Of a stretch of 64,000 nt of DNA, positions 33,397 to 41,128 are shown piece by piece (positions within the stretch are counted from its first letter, which is position 1; every line of letters starts with the position of its first letter). The notes below the pieces were generated by a model. The model made no database searches. It saw only the letters and a list, made by a program, of their open reading frames with translations, and was not told where the DNA came from. The position numbers and the translations under genes are program-made. The DNA is taken from assembly GCA_017628025.1 (NCBI GenBank), contig JAGBZX010000033.1:13280-77279 (forward strand). Direction: 5' to 3'. This DNA comes from Kiritimatiellia bacterium (GTDB lineage: Bacteria > Verrucomicrobiota > Kiritimatiellia > RFP12 > UBA1067).

Positions 33397-34722
33397 TTAA
33401 CCTCTCTCAAATGCTCTACGAGCTATGTCTGTTCGGCTAAAAGCCCCTTCAAATGAAACCTGCCCAACCCGCTCGTATGCCCTATCAACTGCTTCTCTAA
33501 GCGTTGAACCGCATCCTGTAACACTAAACACACGGCCACCAGAAGTAAGGATATCTCCATCTACCTCTTTAGTGCCACAATGAAAGACTACCGTATTATC
33601 AACTTTTTGCTCAAGCCCACGAACCTTCTTGCCCTTTTGATAATCGCCAGGATAGCCAGCAGAAGCAATAATAACAGTCGCTGCAGAGTCAGTAGATACC
33701 TCTATTTCATCTCCATTAAGACAACCTCGCGCAGCATTAAGTAATAACTTTGCAAACGAACCTTTAAGTCGAGGCAAAACAGCTTCTGTTTCAGGATCAC
33801 CAAAACGAGCATTAAATTCTACAACATTAATTTTATCACCACTAGCTGCTAAATGATTCTTAACCTTACTATTGGGAGAAAGTCCATCTGGATTTTCATT
33901 AATCATAAGCCCTGCATAAAGTATGCCACGATAAACTATACCTCGCGCAGAAAGCTCACGCACCACCGGAAGAATGACTTTTTGCTTAATTTCTGGCAGC
34001 ATATCATCTGTAACTATTGGCGCTGGACTATAAGCTCCCATGCCGCCAGTATTTGGCCCCTTGTCGCCATCAAAAACTCGTTTGTGATCCTGAGAAGACG
34101 GCAACAAGAAAGCCCTTTCTCCATCGACCACCGCAAGTATCGAGCACTCCTCACCATGAAGAAATTCTTCTATAAGAACAGTAGCTCCTGCAGAACCAAA
34201 CTTGTTACCAGAGAGCATATCATCGATAGCATTAGTCGCCTCCTCTAAAGTCTCGGCAACTATAACGCCTTTGCCAGCTGCTAGACCATCAGCCTTAATA
34301 ACAACTGGCAAACCATACTCTGGAAGCTGTGCCTTTGCCTTTTCAGGGTCATCAAAAACCTCTGCTTTGCCAGTGGGAACTCCTGCAGCTTTCATAATCT
34401 CCTTAGCAAAGCTCTTAGATCCCTCTATGCGGGCGCCATCTGCAACAGGCCCAAACACATCAAAGCCATTTTTCTGTAATTCATCTGAAAGCCCCTTTAC
34501 TAAAGGTGCCTCTGGGCCAACTACTACCAAATCTGGTTTTTCAGCTAGTGCCCAAGCCGTAATTCCTTCAATATCGTCAGCTTTCAGATTAACGATTTTA
34601 GAAAGCTCTGCCATACCTGCATTACCAGGGGCACTATAGATTTCATGGTTCTCTTGGTCTTGAGAAAGCCTCCAAACAATTGCGTGCTCACGGCCGCCGC
34701 CACCAACTACAAGTATTTTCAT
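33397..34722 (-). CDS. purD: Phosphoribosylamine--glycine ligase
   Basis: 441 aa. The N-terminus is MKILVVGGGGREHAI, followed by an ATP-grasp domain. Confidence 0.9.
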   Translation of the reverse strand: MKILVVGGGGREHAIVWRLSQDQENHEIYSAPGNAGMAELSKIVNLKADDIEGITAWALAEKPDLVVVGPEAPLVKGLSDELQKNGFDVFGPVADGARIEGSKSFAKEIMKAAGVPTGKAEVFDDPEKAKAQLPEYGLPVVIKADGLAAGKGVIVAETLEEATNAIDDMLSGNKFGSAGATVLIEEFLHGEECSILAVVDGERAFLLPSSQDHKRVFDGDKGPNTGGMGAYSPAPIVTDDMLPEIKQKVILPVVRELSARGIVYRGILYAGLMINENPDGLSPNSKVKNHLAASGDKINVVEFNARFGDPETEAVLPRLKGSFAKLLLNAARGCLNGDEIEVSTDSAATVIIASAGYPGDYQKGKKVRGLEQKVDNTVVFHCGTKEVDGDILTSGGRVFSVTGCGSTLREAVDRAYERVGQVSFEGAFSRTDIARRAFERG

Positions 34723-34723
34723 T

Positions 34724-35269
34724 TTACTTCCCCACAGGTACTATAAGTTTTTGCCCAATCTTAAGCTTATCTGATTTAAGATTATTCAACTTCTTAATAA
34801 GTGCAACATTTGTATCTAGCGCTTTGGCTATGACAAAAAGTGTGTCGCCCGAAACCACTTCATACTCGCGCGTCTCACCTTTGTATTGAAAAGAAGGAGC
34901 TGTGGCTTTATGATTACTTTCAACTCGAGTTTCTGCTTGAACCTTTACAATTTTTCTAGACAACTCTGAAACTATTTCTGAACGCATATTTGACATCTCG
35001 TCTTTAAGACGAGCTACAGCATACTTAACAGCTTCTAACTCTTTCCTCAAATCTTCAATTTCGCTTTTTGCCGAATTCGAAGAACGCACTCTAGACTCTA
35101 AATCACTAAAATTCTGTCTTAAAACATCAATTTCTCCTGAAACACGTTGCATCTCAGCATATGCTTGTTGCTTGAGAAATGCATCTCGAGCCGTATTAGC
35201 AGAGCAAAAAGTCGTTGCTACTAAACTTGAAAAAAATAATATACTTTTAAGTTTCATCTTGTCCCTCAA
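34724..35269 (-). CDS. Secreted coiled-coil protein with C-terminal LysM peptidoglycan-binding domain
   Basis: Signal peptide, heptad-like coiled coil, and C-terminal LysM (YEVVSGDTLFVIAKAL...IGQKLIVP). Confidence 0.65.
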   Translation of the reverse strand: MRDKMKLKSILFFSSLVATTFCSANTARDAFLKQQAYAEMQRVSGEIDVLRQNFSDLESRVRSSNSAKSEIEDLRKELEAVKYAVARLKDEMSNMRSEIVSELSRKIVKVQAETRVESNHKATAPSFQYKGETREYEVVSGDTLFVIAKALDTNVALIKKLNNLKSDKLKIGQKLIVPVGK

Positions 35270-35272
35270 TTT

Positions 35273-35545
35273 TCAAAACATTAAGAAAATGGCCCAAAAG
35301 GTTATAAGTATTGCTGAAAAAACCAAGAATCTTGACTGCCGTCTAGATCTAGCGTCTTGTTCAAGAGTCCGGCTGCACATCTTAAGCCCACCACCAGCTA
35401 AATAATGGAATAGCCTCCATTTATGACGCGCCTCAGGCGAAACGGCAAGATACGACTCCTCTTCAAGATTAACACTCCATGGCTCAGAGGAACGCGTATA
35501 CGAATGACTATCGCACTTAAAATTGGTATGATACTTACGAGTCAT
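35273..35545 (-). CDS. Hypothetical small protein
   Basis: 90-aa ORF that fits exactly between the two LysM genes. No similarity recognised. Confidence 0.35.
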   Translation of the reverse strand: MTRKYHTNFKCDSHSYTRSSEPWSVNLEEESYLAVSPEARHKWRLFHYLAGGGLKMCSRTLEQDARSRRQSRFLVFSAILITFWAIFLMF

Positions 35546-36456
35546 GGAAGTTTTATCTCCATGCCAGCTTTAAGCTTGCCATCAATTGAAATAACCGCCC
35601 TATTAGCTTGTTGTATTTGTCTCCAATACGAAGCCTTGCCATAAAAGCGGCGCGCTATAGATATCAATGTCTCGCCTTCTTTAACTACATATACTTCAGG
35701 CTTCTCTATTTGAGGAGTTTTAACTTCTGTTTTAGCAGGCTCATTAACTTTTTTCTTTTCCACCTGTGGGAGAGGAGCTTTTTCATCTTCTTCGAGGCTT
35801 TCTTTCAATTTCTTAACTTCCTCTGAAGATACGACAGATGGAGGAGAAGAAAGAGCATCTTCTAATAAAGCCTCATCAGTAAGCGCGATTTTTGGTGCTT
35901 TTGTATTTTCTTCATCTGAAGCACCAATCGAAGAAACCATCTTCTTAAGCCTTTCATACTCTGCGCGAAGATCTTCTAAATCCTTACGTGAAGTAGCTAA
36001 TTCTTTACTTAACTTATCATTCTTTTCTGTTAGTTTAGCTATCGCTTCATTAGTTGACGCCTCTAGTTCTTTTTGCGCTTCAACAGCCTCAAACCTCTCC
36101 TCAAGAAGTTTATTGCACCTCTCTAGACGAACGGCCGCTATCTTAGCCTTTTCTCCATCTGGACTCATTCGCAAAAATTCCCTATATTCAAGAATAGCGC
36201 CTAAATAATCTTTTTTAGCCTCCTCTTTTAGACACGCTAGTTGAAAACGCGCAGCCGTATTAAGTGGATTAATATTAATGCAACGCTCAAGCCCTTCTAT
36301 CGCTTTTTCTAGATTTCCTGCTTGATAATAAGTCATAGCCTCTCGATACTTCGCGTCCTCTCTGCCTGTTGAACGCTTAGAAGCATCTGAAGAATTATCG
36401 CAGGCAGCCACTCCAAAACAAATTACTAAAAACGCGATAGTTCTATTAATCTTCAT
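35542..36456 (-). CDS. Lipoprotein with TPR repeats, coiled coil and C-terminal LysM domain
   Basis: The likely start is MKINRTIAFLVICFGVAAC (lipobox). TPR-like motifs and a C-terminal LysM (YVVKEGETLISIARRFYG) are present. The ORF extends to 36561. Confidence 0.6.
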   Translation of the reverse strand: MKINRTIAFLVICFGVAACDNSSDASKRSTGREDAKYREAMTYYQAGNLEKAIEGLERCININPLNTAARFQLACLKEEAKKDYLGAILEYREFLRMSPDGEKAKIAAVRLERCNKLLEERFEAVEAQKELEASTNEAIAKLTEKNDKLSKELATSRKDLEDLRAEYERLKKMVSSIGASDEENTKAPKIALTDEALLEDALSSPPSVVSSEEVKKLKESLEEDEKAPLPQVEKKKVNEPAKTEVKTPQIEKPEVYVVKEGETLISIARRFYGKASYWRQIQQANRAVISIDGKLKAGMEIKLP

Positions 36457-37399
36457 CGTCTTCTTCCTCCATTTCCTCATCATCTTCTTCATCCTCATCG
36501 TCGTCGTCATCATCAAACTCGTCTGGCGTATCATCAATTTCGAAATCTTCGTCGTCATCACCTACTGCCGCTCCAACAGCTGGAGCTTCTAGATGAGAAA
36601 GTAAATCTTCTTGTTCTTCGATCGGACTTTCTACTTCTTCTTGAGCTGTTTCTTCCTGTGCTTGCTCGTTTTCCTGATTTTCTAATTGTTCCTGAGCTGC
36701 CTTCTCTTCAAGCTCCTCACTAGCAGCCTTTTCTAGCTCAGTCTTCTCAACCTTTTTGTATTGAGCCGCTTTCGCTCTAGGATTGGAACGCTGTAACGTT
36801 GGATCTAATTCGTTTAACTGCTGAAGATTAGCTAATCCAAAATGCTCAAGGAACAAAGGAGTCGTACCATAAAGGAATGGATGACCAGGAAGTTCAGATT
36901 TACCAACTAATCTAATAAGTTGCAAATCCATTAATGTTTTAATGTTTGCAGAAACATCTACGCCACGAATCGCCTCTATTTCACTTTTCGCAATTGGTTG
37001 GCGATAAGCAATTATAGCTAACGTCTCTAAAGAAGCCCTACCTAGTCTACTAGGACGATCAATTTTGAGCATAGCTCTAACATACCTACCACATGAAGGA
37101 ATCGTCTGCAAACGATAGGCGCCGCCCGTGCATACCAACTTAAAGCCAGATTGAGCCACCTCTAGCGCCTTTTCAAGCCCACGAAGAGCGCTCTCTATTT
37201 CTTTAGAAGTGCAAGTGCGATAAACCTCCATAACTTCAGCATTCTCGCCTTGCTCACATTCAACAGCCTTAACAGCCTGCCGAATATCAGCAGCAGTTAA
37301 TGGGACTTCACTTGCAAAAAGTAATGCACCTACAATTTCTTGAAGGCTACCAGGCAAAGGCATTTTCAATTCATCACTCATAATCGTCAGGTATTTCAA
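36446..37399 (-). CDS. scpB: Segregation and condensation protein B with poly-acidic C-terminal tail
   Basis: Winged-helix ScpB family N-terminal 200 aa, plus a long D/E-rich tail. Confidence 0.8.
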   Translation of the reverse strand: MKYLTIMSDELKMPLPGSLQEIVGALLFASEVPLTAADIRQAVKAVECEQGENAEVMEVYRTCTSKEIESALRGLEKALEVAQSGFKLVCTGGAYRLQTIPSCGRYVRAMLKIDRPSRLGRASLETLAIIAYRQPIAKSEIEAIRGVDVSANIKTLMDLQLIRLVGKSELPGHPFLYGTTPLFLEHFGLANLQQLNELDPTLQRSNPRAKAAQYKKVEKTELEKAASEELEEKAAQEQLENQENEQAQEETAQEEVESPIEEQEDLLSHLEAPAVGAAVGDDDEDFEIDDTPDEFDDDDDDEDEEDDEEMEEEDDED

Positions 37400-38177
37400 G
37401 CGGAGCGTCTTGTGGCGCTTCCTTTGACTGTAATATCGTTATCTCATGAAACGGAGCATTTTGATAAACTATTACTCTATGCTGGCGCAAGAGTTCCAAG
37501 AGTGCTAAAAATGTAACTATAATTTCACCCTTTGGCGAATTCTCCGGATCAAAAAGCACAAAAAACGAAAGTTGGCCCTCATTACGAATACGCTCAAGAA
37601 TTGTATCCATCTTCTCGGGCACTGAAAAACGAGCGCCCTTTAGCTCTTCGTGTGGTATTTCGTTGGCTCGCGCTAACGCTTCTTGAAAAGCACTTAAAAG
37701 ATCATACAAATCTAACGAGGAAAGCGCATTAAGAGCATCGGCTTGAGTTTTTTCAAATTTAGGTCTGCCGCCGCCATAATCAAAACAATTTTGACGCTCC
37801 GCCTCCATTCGCTCAAAGCGAATAGCTGCGTCACGGAATTTTTTGTATTCAATTAACTGCCTAACTAAATCAAGTCTTGGGTCAACCCATTGCTCATCAA
37901 CATCGTTACTAGCCGTGCGGCGGTCAACAGGCAATAGCATCCTTGATTTAATAACCATCAATGTAGCAGCCATTACTATAAACTCACCTGCTATATCAAG
38001 GTTTAGCTCACGCGCAGCCTCAATAAACTTCATATACTCTGAAGTTATGTGGCCTACTGGAATATCGTATATATCAAGCTCTTCGCGCCTTATTAAGTAC
38101 AACAACAAATCAAGCGGCCCCTCGAAAACATCAAGGTTAACTTTGTAATCATCTGCAAAGAGCTGCTGTTGCGCCAT
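37374..38177 (-). CDS. scpA: Segregation and condensation protein A
   Basis: 267 aa. The N-terminus FEGPLDLLLYLIRREELDIYDIPV is typical of the ScpA kleisin. Confidence 0.85.
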   Translation of the reverse strand: MAQQQLFADDYKVNLDVFEGPLDLLLYLIRREELDIYDIPVGHITSEYMKFIEAARELNLDIAGEFIVMAATLMVIKSRMLLPVDRRTASNDVDEQWVDPRLDLVRQLIEYKKFRDAAIRFERMEAERQNCFDYGGGRPKFEKTQADALNALSSLDLYDLLSAFQEALARANEIPHEELKGARFSVPEKMDTILERIRNEGQLSFFVLFDPENSPKGEIIVTFLALLELLRQHRVIVYQNAPFHEITILQSKEAPQDAPLEIPDDYE

Positions 38178-38194
38178 AACTTAAACCTAGGCCA

Positions 38195-39943
38195 TCAACC
38201 TTCAAGCTTCGCTTCAATTTCTTTCTTGATTGAAGCAAACTCTGGTGACGCAGATGGTTTATCGTTCCAGTCAATAAATCTCTGCTGCAAATCGAAGAAG
38301 AACTTTCTGACTTCATCCTTGTCATTGAAAACACGCTCTAGAAGAAGCACTTTCTCAACAAGGTCAAACATAACTCTCTGACGTTCTGCTGGAGTAGAAG
38401 CGTCCGTTTCCGAAAAGGCGTTCTGTTGGAGATACACCATATCAAGAAACTCTGCTTTCATGTAGATAATAAAGTCTTCAATGCTCGTACCTTCCTCACC
38501 GACGACCTTCATCATCTGACCAACTTCACTTCCGCGGCGAAGGATTGAACGCGCCTTTTCTACGCGTGGCTGCTCAATAACGCTATTATAATGGCTCCAA
38601 CTATCAAGAGGATCAATTGCTGGATAGCGTCTGGCGTCAGAGCGCGCACGCGAAAGGCCATGAAAGCCTCCGACCACCTTAAGTGTTGCCTGGGTAACTG
38701 GCTCATCGAAGTTACCACCAGCAGGCGAGACTGTGCCACCAATTGTTAGCGAGCCAATTGAGCCATCTAAAAGACGCACTCTACCTGCGCGTTCATAAAA
38801 CGCTGCTATGCGAGACTCTAGATACGCAGGGAACGCTTCATCTCCAGGAATTTCTTCAAGTCGTCCAGAAAGCTCACGCATAGCCTGCGCCCAACGCGAA
38901 GTCGAGTCTGCTAAAACCAAAACATTTAAGCCCTGCTGACGATAATATTCAGCTAAAGTGACTGCAGTATAAACTGAAGCTTCACGGCTAGCAACTGGCA
39001 TTGACGATGTATTACAAATAATTATAGTTCTCTCCATCAATGACTTGCCGGTACGCGGGTCGTTTAGTACTGGAAATTCTTTAAGAGTTTCTACCACTTC
39101 GCCAGCTCGTTCACCGCAAGCAGCCGAAATAACAACGTCAACCTTTGCATATCTAGCAGTCGTTTGCTGTAACACTGTCTTGCCTGCGCCAAATGGGCCT
39201 GGAATACAATATGTGCCACCAACAGCTACAGGGAAAAACGTGTCAATCGTTCTCACTGTTGTTTCTAGAGTCTCTGTAGGTGCAAGTCGCTCACTATAGC
39301 ACTTAATAGGCACTTTAACTGGCCAACGCTGCATCATTTTAACTTCTTGAGTTAAATTACCATTCTCAAGAACGGCGATAACTTCCTCAACTGTATATTG
39401 GCCATCTGCTACAATGCTTTTTATCTTCCACGCACCCTTCAAAGCAAATGGTGCCATAATTTTATGACCAGGCATCGTCACGCCATCAAATATGCCTTCT
39501 ACAACCCAACCGATGACACTACCAGCACGAACAGTGTCACCAACCTTGGCTGTTACATGAAAATCCCATTTCGTAGTACGAGAAAGACCATTTAAATACA
39601 TGCCGCGTTGCAAGAAATACCCTGCATCACGAGAAATCTTGCTCGCTTGCTCTGCCAAAAGTTCCAGAGGATTTTGAAGACCATCATACACTTGCCCTAA
39701 CATACCTGGGCCTAATTCTGCAGCAAGCATTTCGCCAGAAAACTCAACTTCATCGCCAATCATCAAATCACCAGTTGCGTCAAAAACCTGCATATCACAC
39801 TTTTCACCTCTGACGCGAACGATTTCAGCCATCAACTTTTTATCAGCGCACGAAATATAACCGACCTCGTTTTGGGCAACAGCACCATCAAAAGCTACCG
39901 TCACCATATTACCGTTAACTAGTGAGATTTTACCTTTTGTCAT
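38195..39943 (-). CDS. atpA: V-type (A/V) ATPase catalytic subunit A
   Basis: Carries the Walker A motif GPFGAGKTV, an N-terminal beta-barrel and the non-homologous insert typical of A subunits. The probable start is MTKGKISLVNG (39943); the ORF extends to 40027. Confidence 0.8.
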   Translation of the reverse strand: MTKGKISLVNGNMVTVAFDGAVAQNEVGYISCADKKLMAEIVRVRGEKCDMQVFDATGDLMIGDEVEFSGEMLAAELGPGMLGQVYDGLQNPLELLAEQASKISRDAGYFLQRGMYLNGLSRTTKWDFHVTAKVGDTVRAGSVIGWVVEGIFDGVTMPGHKIMAPFALKGAWKIKSIVADGQYTVEEVIAVLENGNLTQEVKMMQRWPVKVPIKCYSERLAPTETLETTVRTIDTFFPVAVGGTYCIPGPFGAGKTVLQQTTARYAKVDVVISAACGERAGEVVETLKEFPVLNDPRTGKSLMERTIIICNTSSMPVASREASVYTAVTLAEYYRQQGLNVLVLADSTSRWAQAMRELSGRLEEIPGDEAFPAYLESRIAAFYERAGRVRLLDGSIGSLTIGGTVSPAGGNFDEPVTQATLKVVGGFHGLSRARSDARRYPAIDPLDSWSHYNSVIEQPRVEKARSILRRGSEVGQMMKVVGEEGTSIEDFIIYMKAEFLDMVYLQQNAFSETDASTPAERQRVMFDLVEKVLLLERVFNDKDEVRKFFFDLQQRFIDWNDKPSASPEFASIKKEIEAKLEG

Positions 39944-39959
39944 AAGAACCACCACACCT

Positions 39960-40445
39960 TCATTTAACTTGAACAGAAAGTCCTGATATTTCGCTACCGA
40001 TAATCGAGTCGAATTTCGAGATACCAACAGCAGAAGAAATTAGAGAATGACGAAGGGCAATTTCAAGACGAACAGAATATGCCGCTAGAGCCCCAATACC
40101 TAAAGGAGAAGAAAGTTCAACCAATTCCTCAGCGGCATCCCACCAAACTCTATCAAGAAGCATCTGCCTCTTCATAATGTCTTTTTCGTTATAGCATGAA
40201 ATTACACGATTTTTCCAATAAATACTACACCCATCTACTGGACGACTATCGCGCTCACCTGCTCTACAACTTGCTAGAGCATTTTTAAGTTGTGCATCTA
40301 AGTCGCGCCAAGAATTTTCTAACAACTTATTGACACTAGCAAGAGTTTCTTCTCCGCAAATTTCTGCAAATTCCTCACTACTAAGAGGAGCTGGCTGTCC
40401 GAAATAAAGCGATGGCAGCGATGCTACTGTGTAATCAATGCTCAT
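39960..40445 (-). CDS. Hypothetical protein between V-ATPase E and A (positional equivalent of the uncharacterised gene in Chlamydia/Treponema-type V-ATPase operons)
   Basis: 161 aa with no recognisable motif. It is translationally coupled, with a 4-nt overlap with the upstream E gene. Confidence 0.5.
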   Translation of the reverse strand: MSIDYTVASLPSLYFGQPAPLSSEEFAEICGEETLASVNKLLENSWRDLDAQLKNALASCRAGERDSRPVDGCSIYWKNRVISCYNEKDIMKRQMLLDRVWWDAAEELVELSSPLGIGALAAYSVRLEIALRHSLISSAVGISKFDSIIGSEISGLSVQVK

Positions 40446-41011
40446 TTCATGAGAGCGGCTAAATCTGGCCTAAGACGCTTTGCAAGCTCACCTGAAATAG
40501 TCTGAGCAGTAAAATCATGCTCAATACGACCGCCATCAAGTTTCACCGAAAAGCCAGAAAGAGATGTTTCATCAACAACTACGGTGAAGTTTTTTAACGA
40601 AGCCAACTGTGCCTGAAGAGCTTGGGCTATTTCTTTATTACAAACAATTTCACCAGACTTTGCTACGCCTTCAACTGCTGCACAAACGAGTTTAGCGGCA
40701 TTTTCAGGAGAAGCTAGAGATAAGTCTACATTTTTTGAAAGAAGATTTTCAAGCAATGCTGTTACAGACTGCTCTACATTAGCAATCATGTCACGCGCCG
40801 CCTGACGAAGTGTTTCCGTAGCTCCTAGCATATAACGCTCAGCGTCACGCTGGGCAGCAGCCTTTTCATCAGAAGCTTCAGCCTTAGCATCAGCGACGAT
40901 TTTAGCCGCTTCTTTTTGTGCCGCATCAATTATATCTGCAGCCTGTGCACGGGCCTTTTCGACACCTTCTTTGTTAATTTTTTCAAGCAAGCTTTGAATA
41001 TCTTCACTCAT
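40442..41011 (-). CDS. atpE: V-type ATPase subunit E
   Basis: 189 aa. The N-terminus is Ala/Lys/Glu-rich and helical (AQKEAAKIVADAKAEASDEKAAAQRDAERY), typical of V-ATPase peripheral stalk subunit E. Confidence 0.7.
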   Translation of the reverse strand: MSEDIQSLLEKINKEGVEKARAQAADIIDAAQKEAAKIVADAKAEASDEKAAAQRDAERYMLGATETLRQAARDMIANVEQSVTALLENLLSKNVDLSLASPENAAKLVCAAVEGVAKSGEIVCNKEIAQALQAQLASLKNFTVVVDETSLSGFSVKLDGGRIEHDFTAQTISGELAKRLRPDLAALMK

Positions 41012-41039
41012 AGACGTAAAATCCCCTTGTATTAGTAGT

Positions 41040-41068
41040 ATTATATCTAATTTCTAATATAAAATCAA
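41040..41068 (-). promoter_or_regulatory. Predicted sigma70-type promoter of the V-ATPase E gene
   Basis: The minus strand reads TTGATT-N17-TATAAT, about 29 nt upstream of the atpE ATG, with the RBS AAGGGG. Confidence 0.45.
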
Positions 41069-41128
41069 ATAAATCTTCTACATTTACCGTGCCAATTTAG
41101 CAAAAAATCTTCTACCTAAGGCAGAAAA

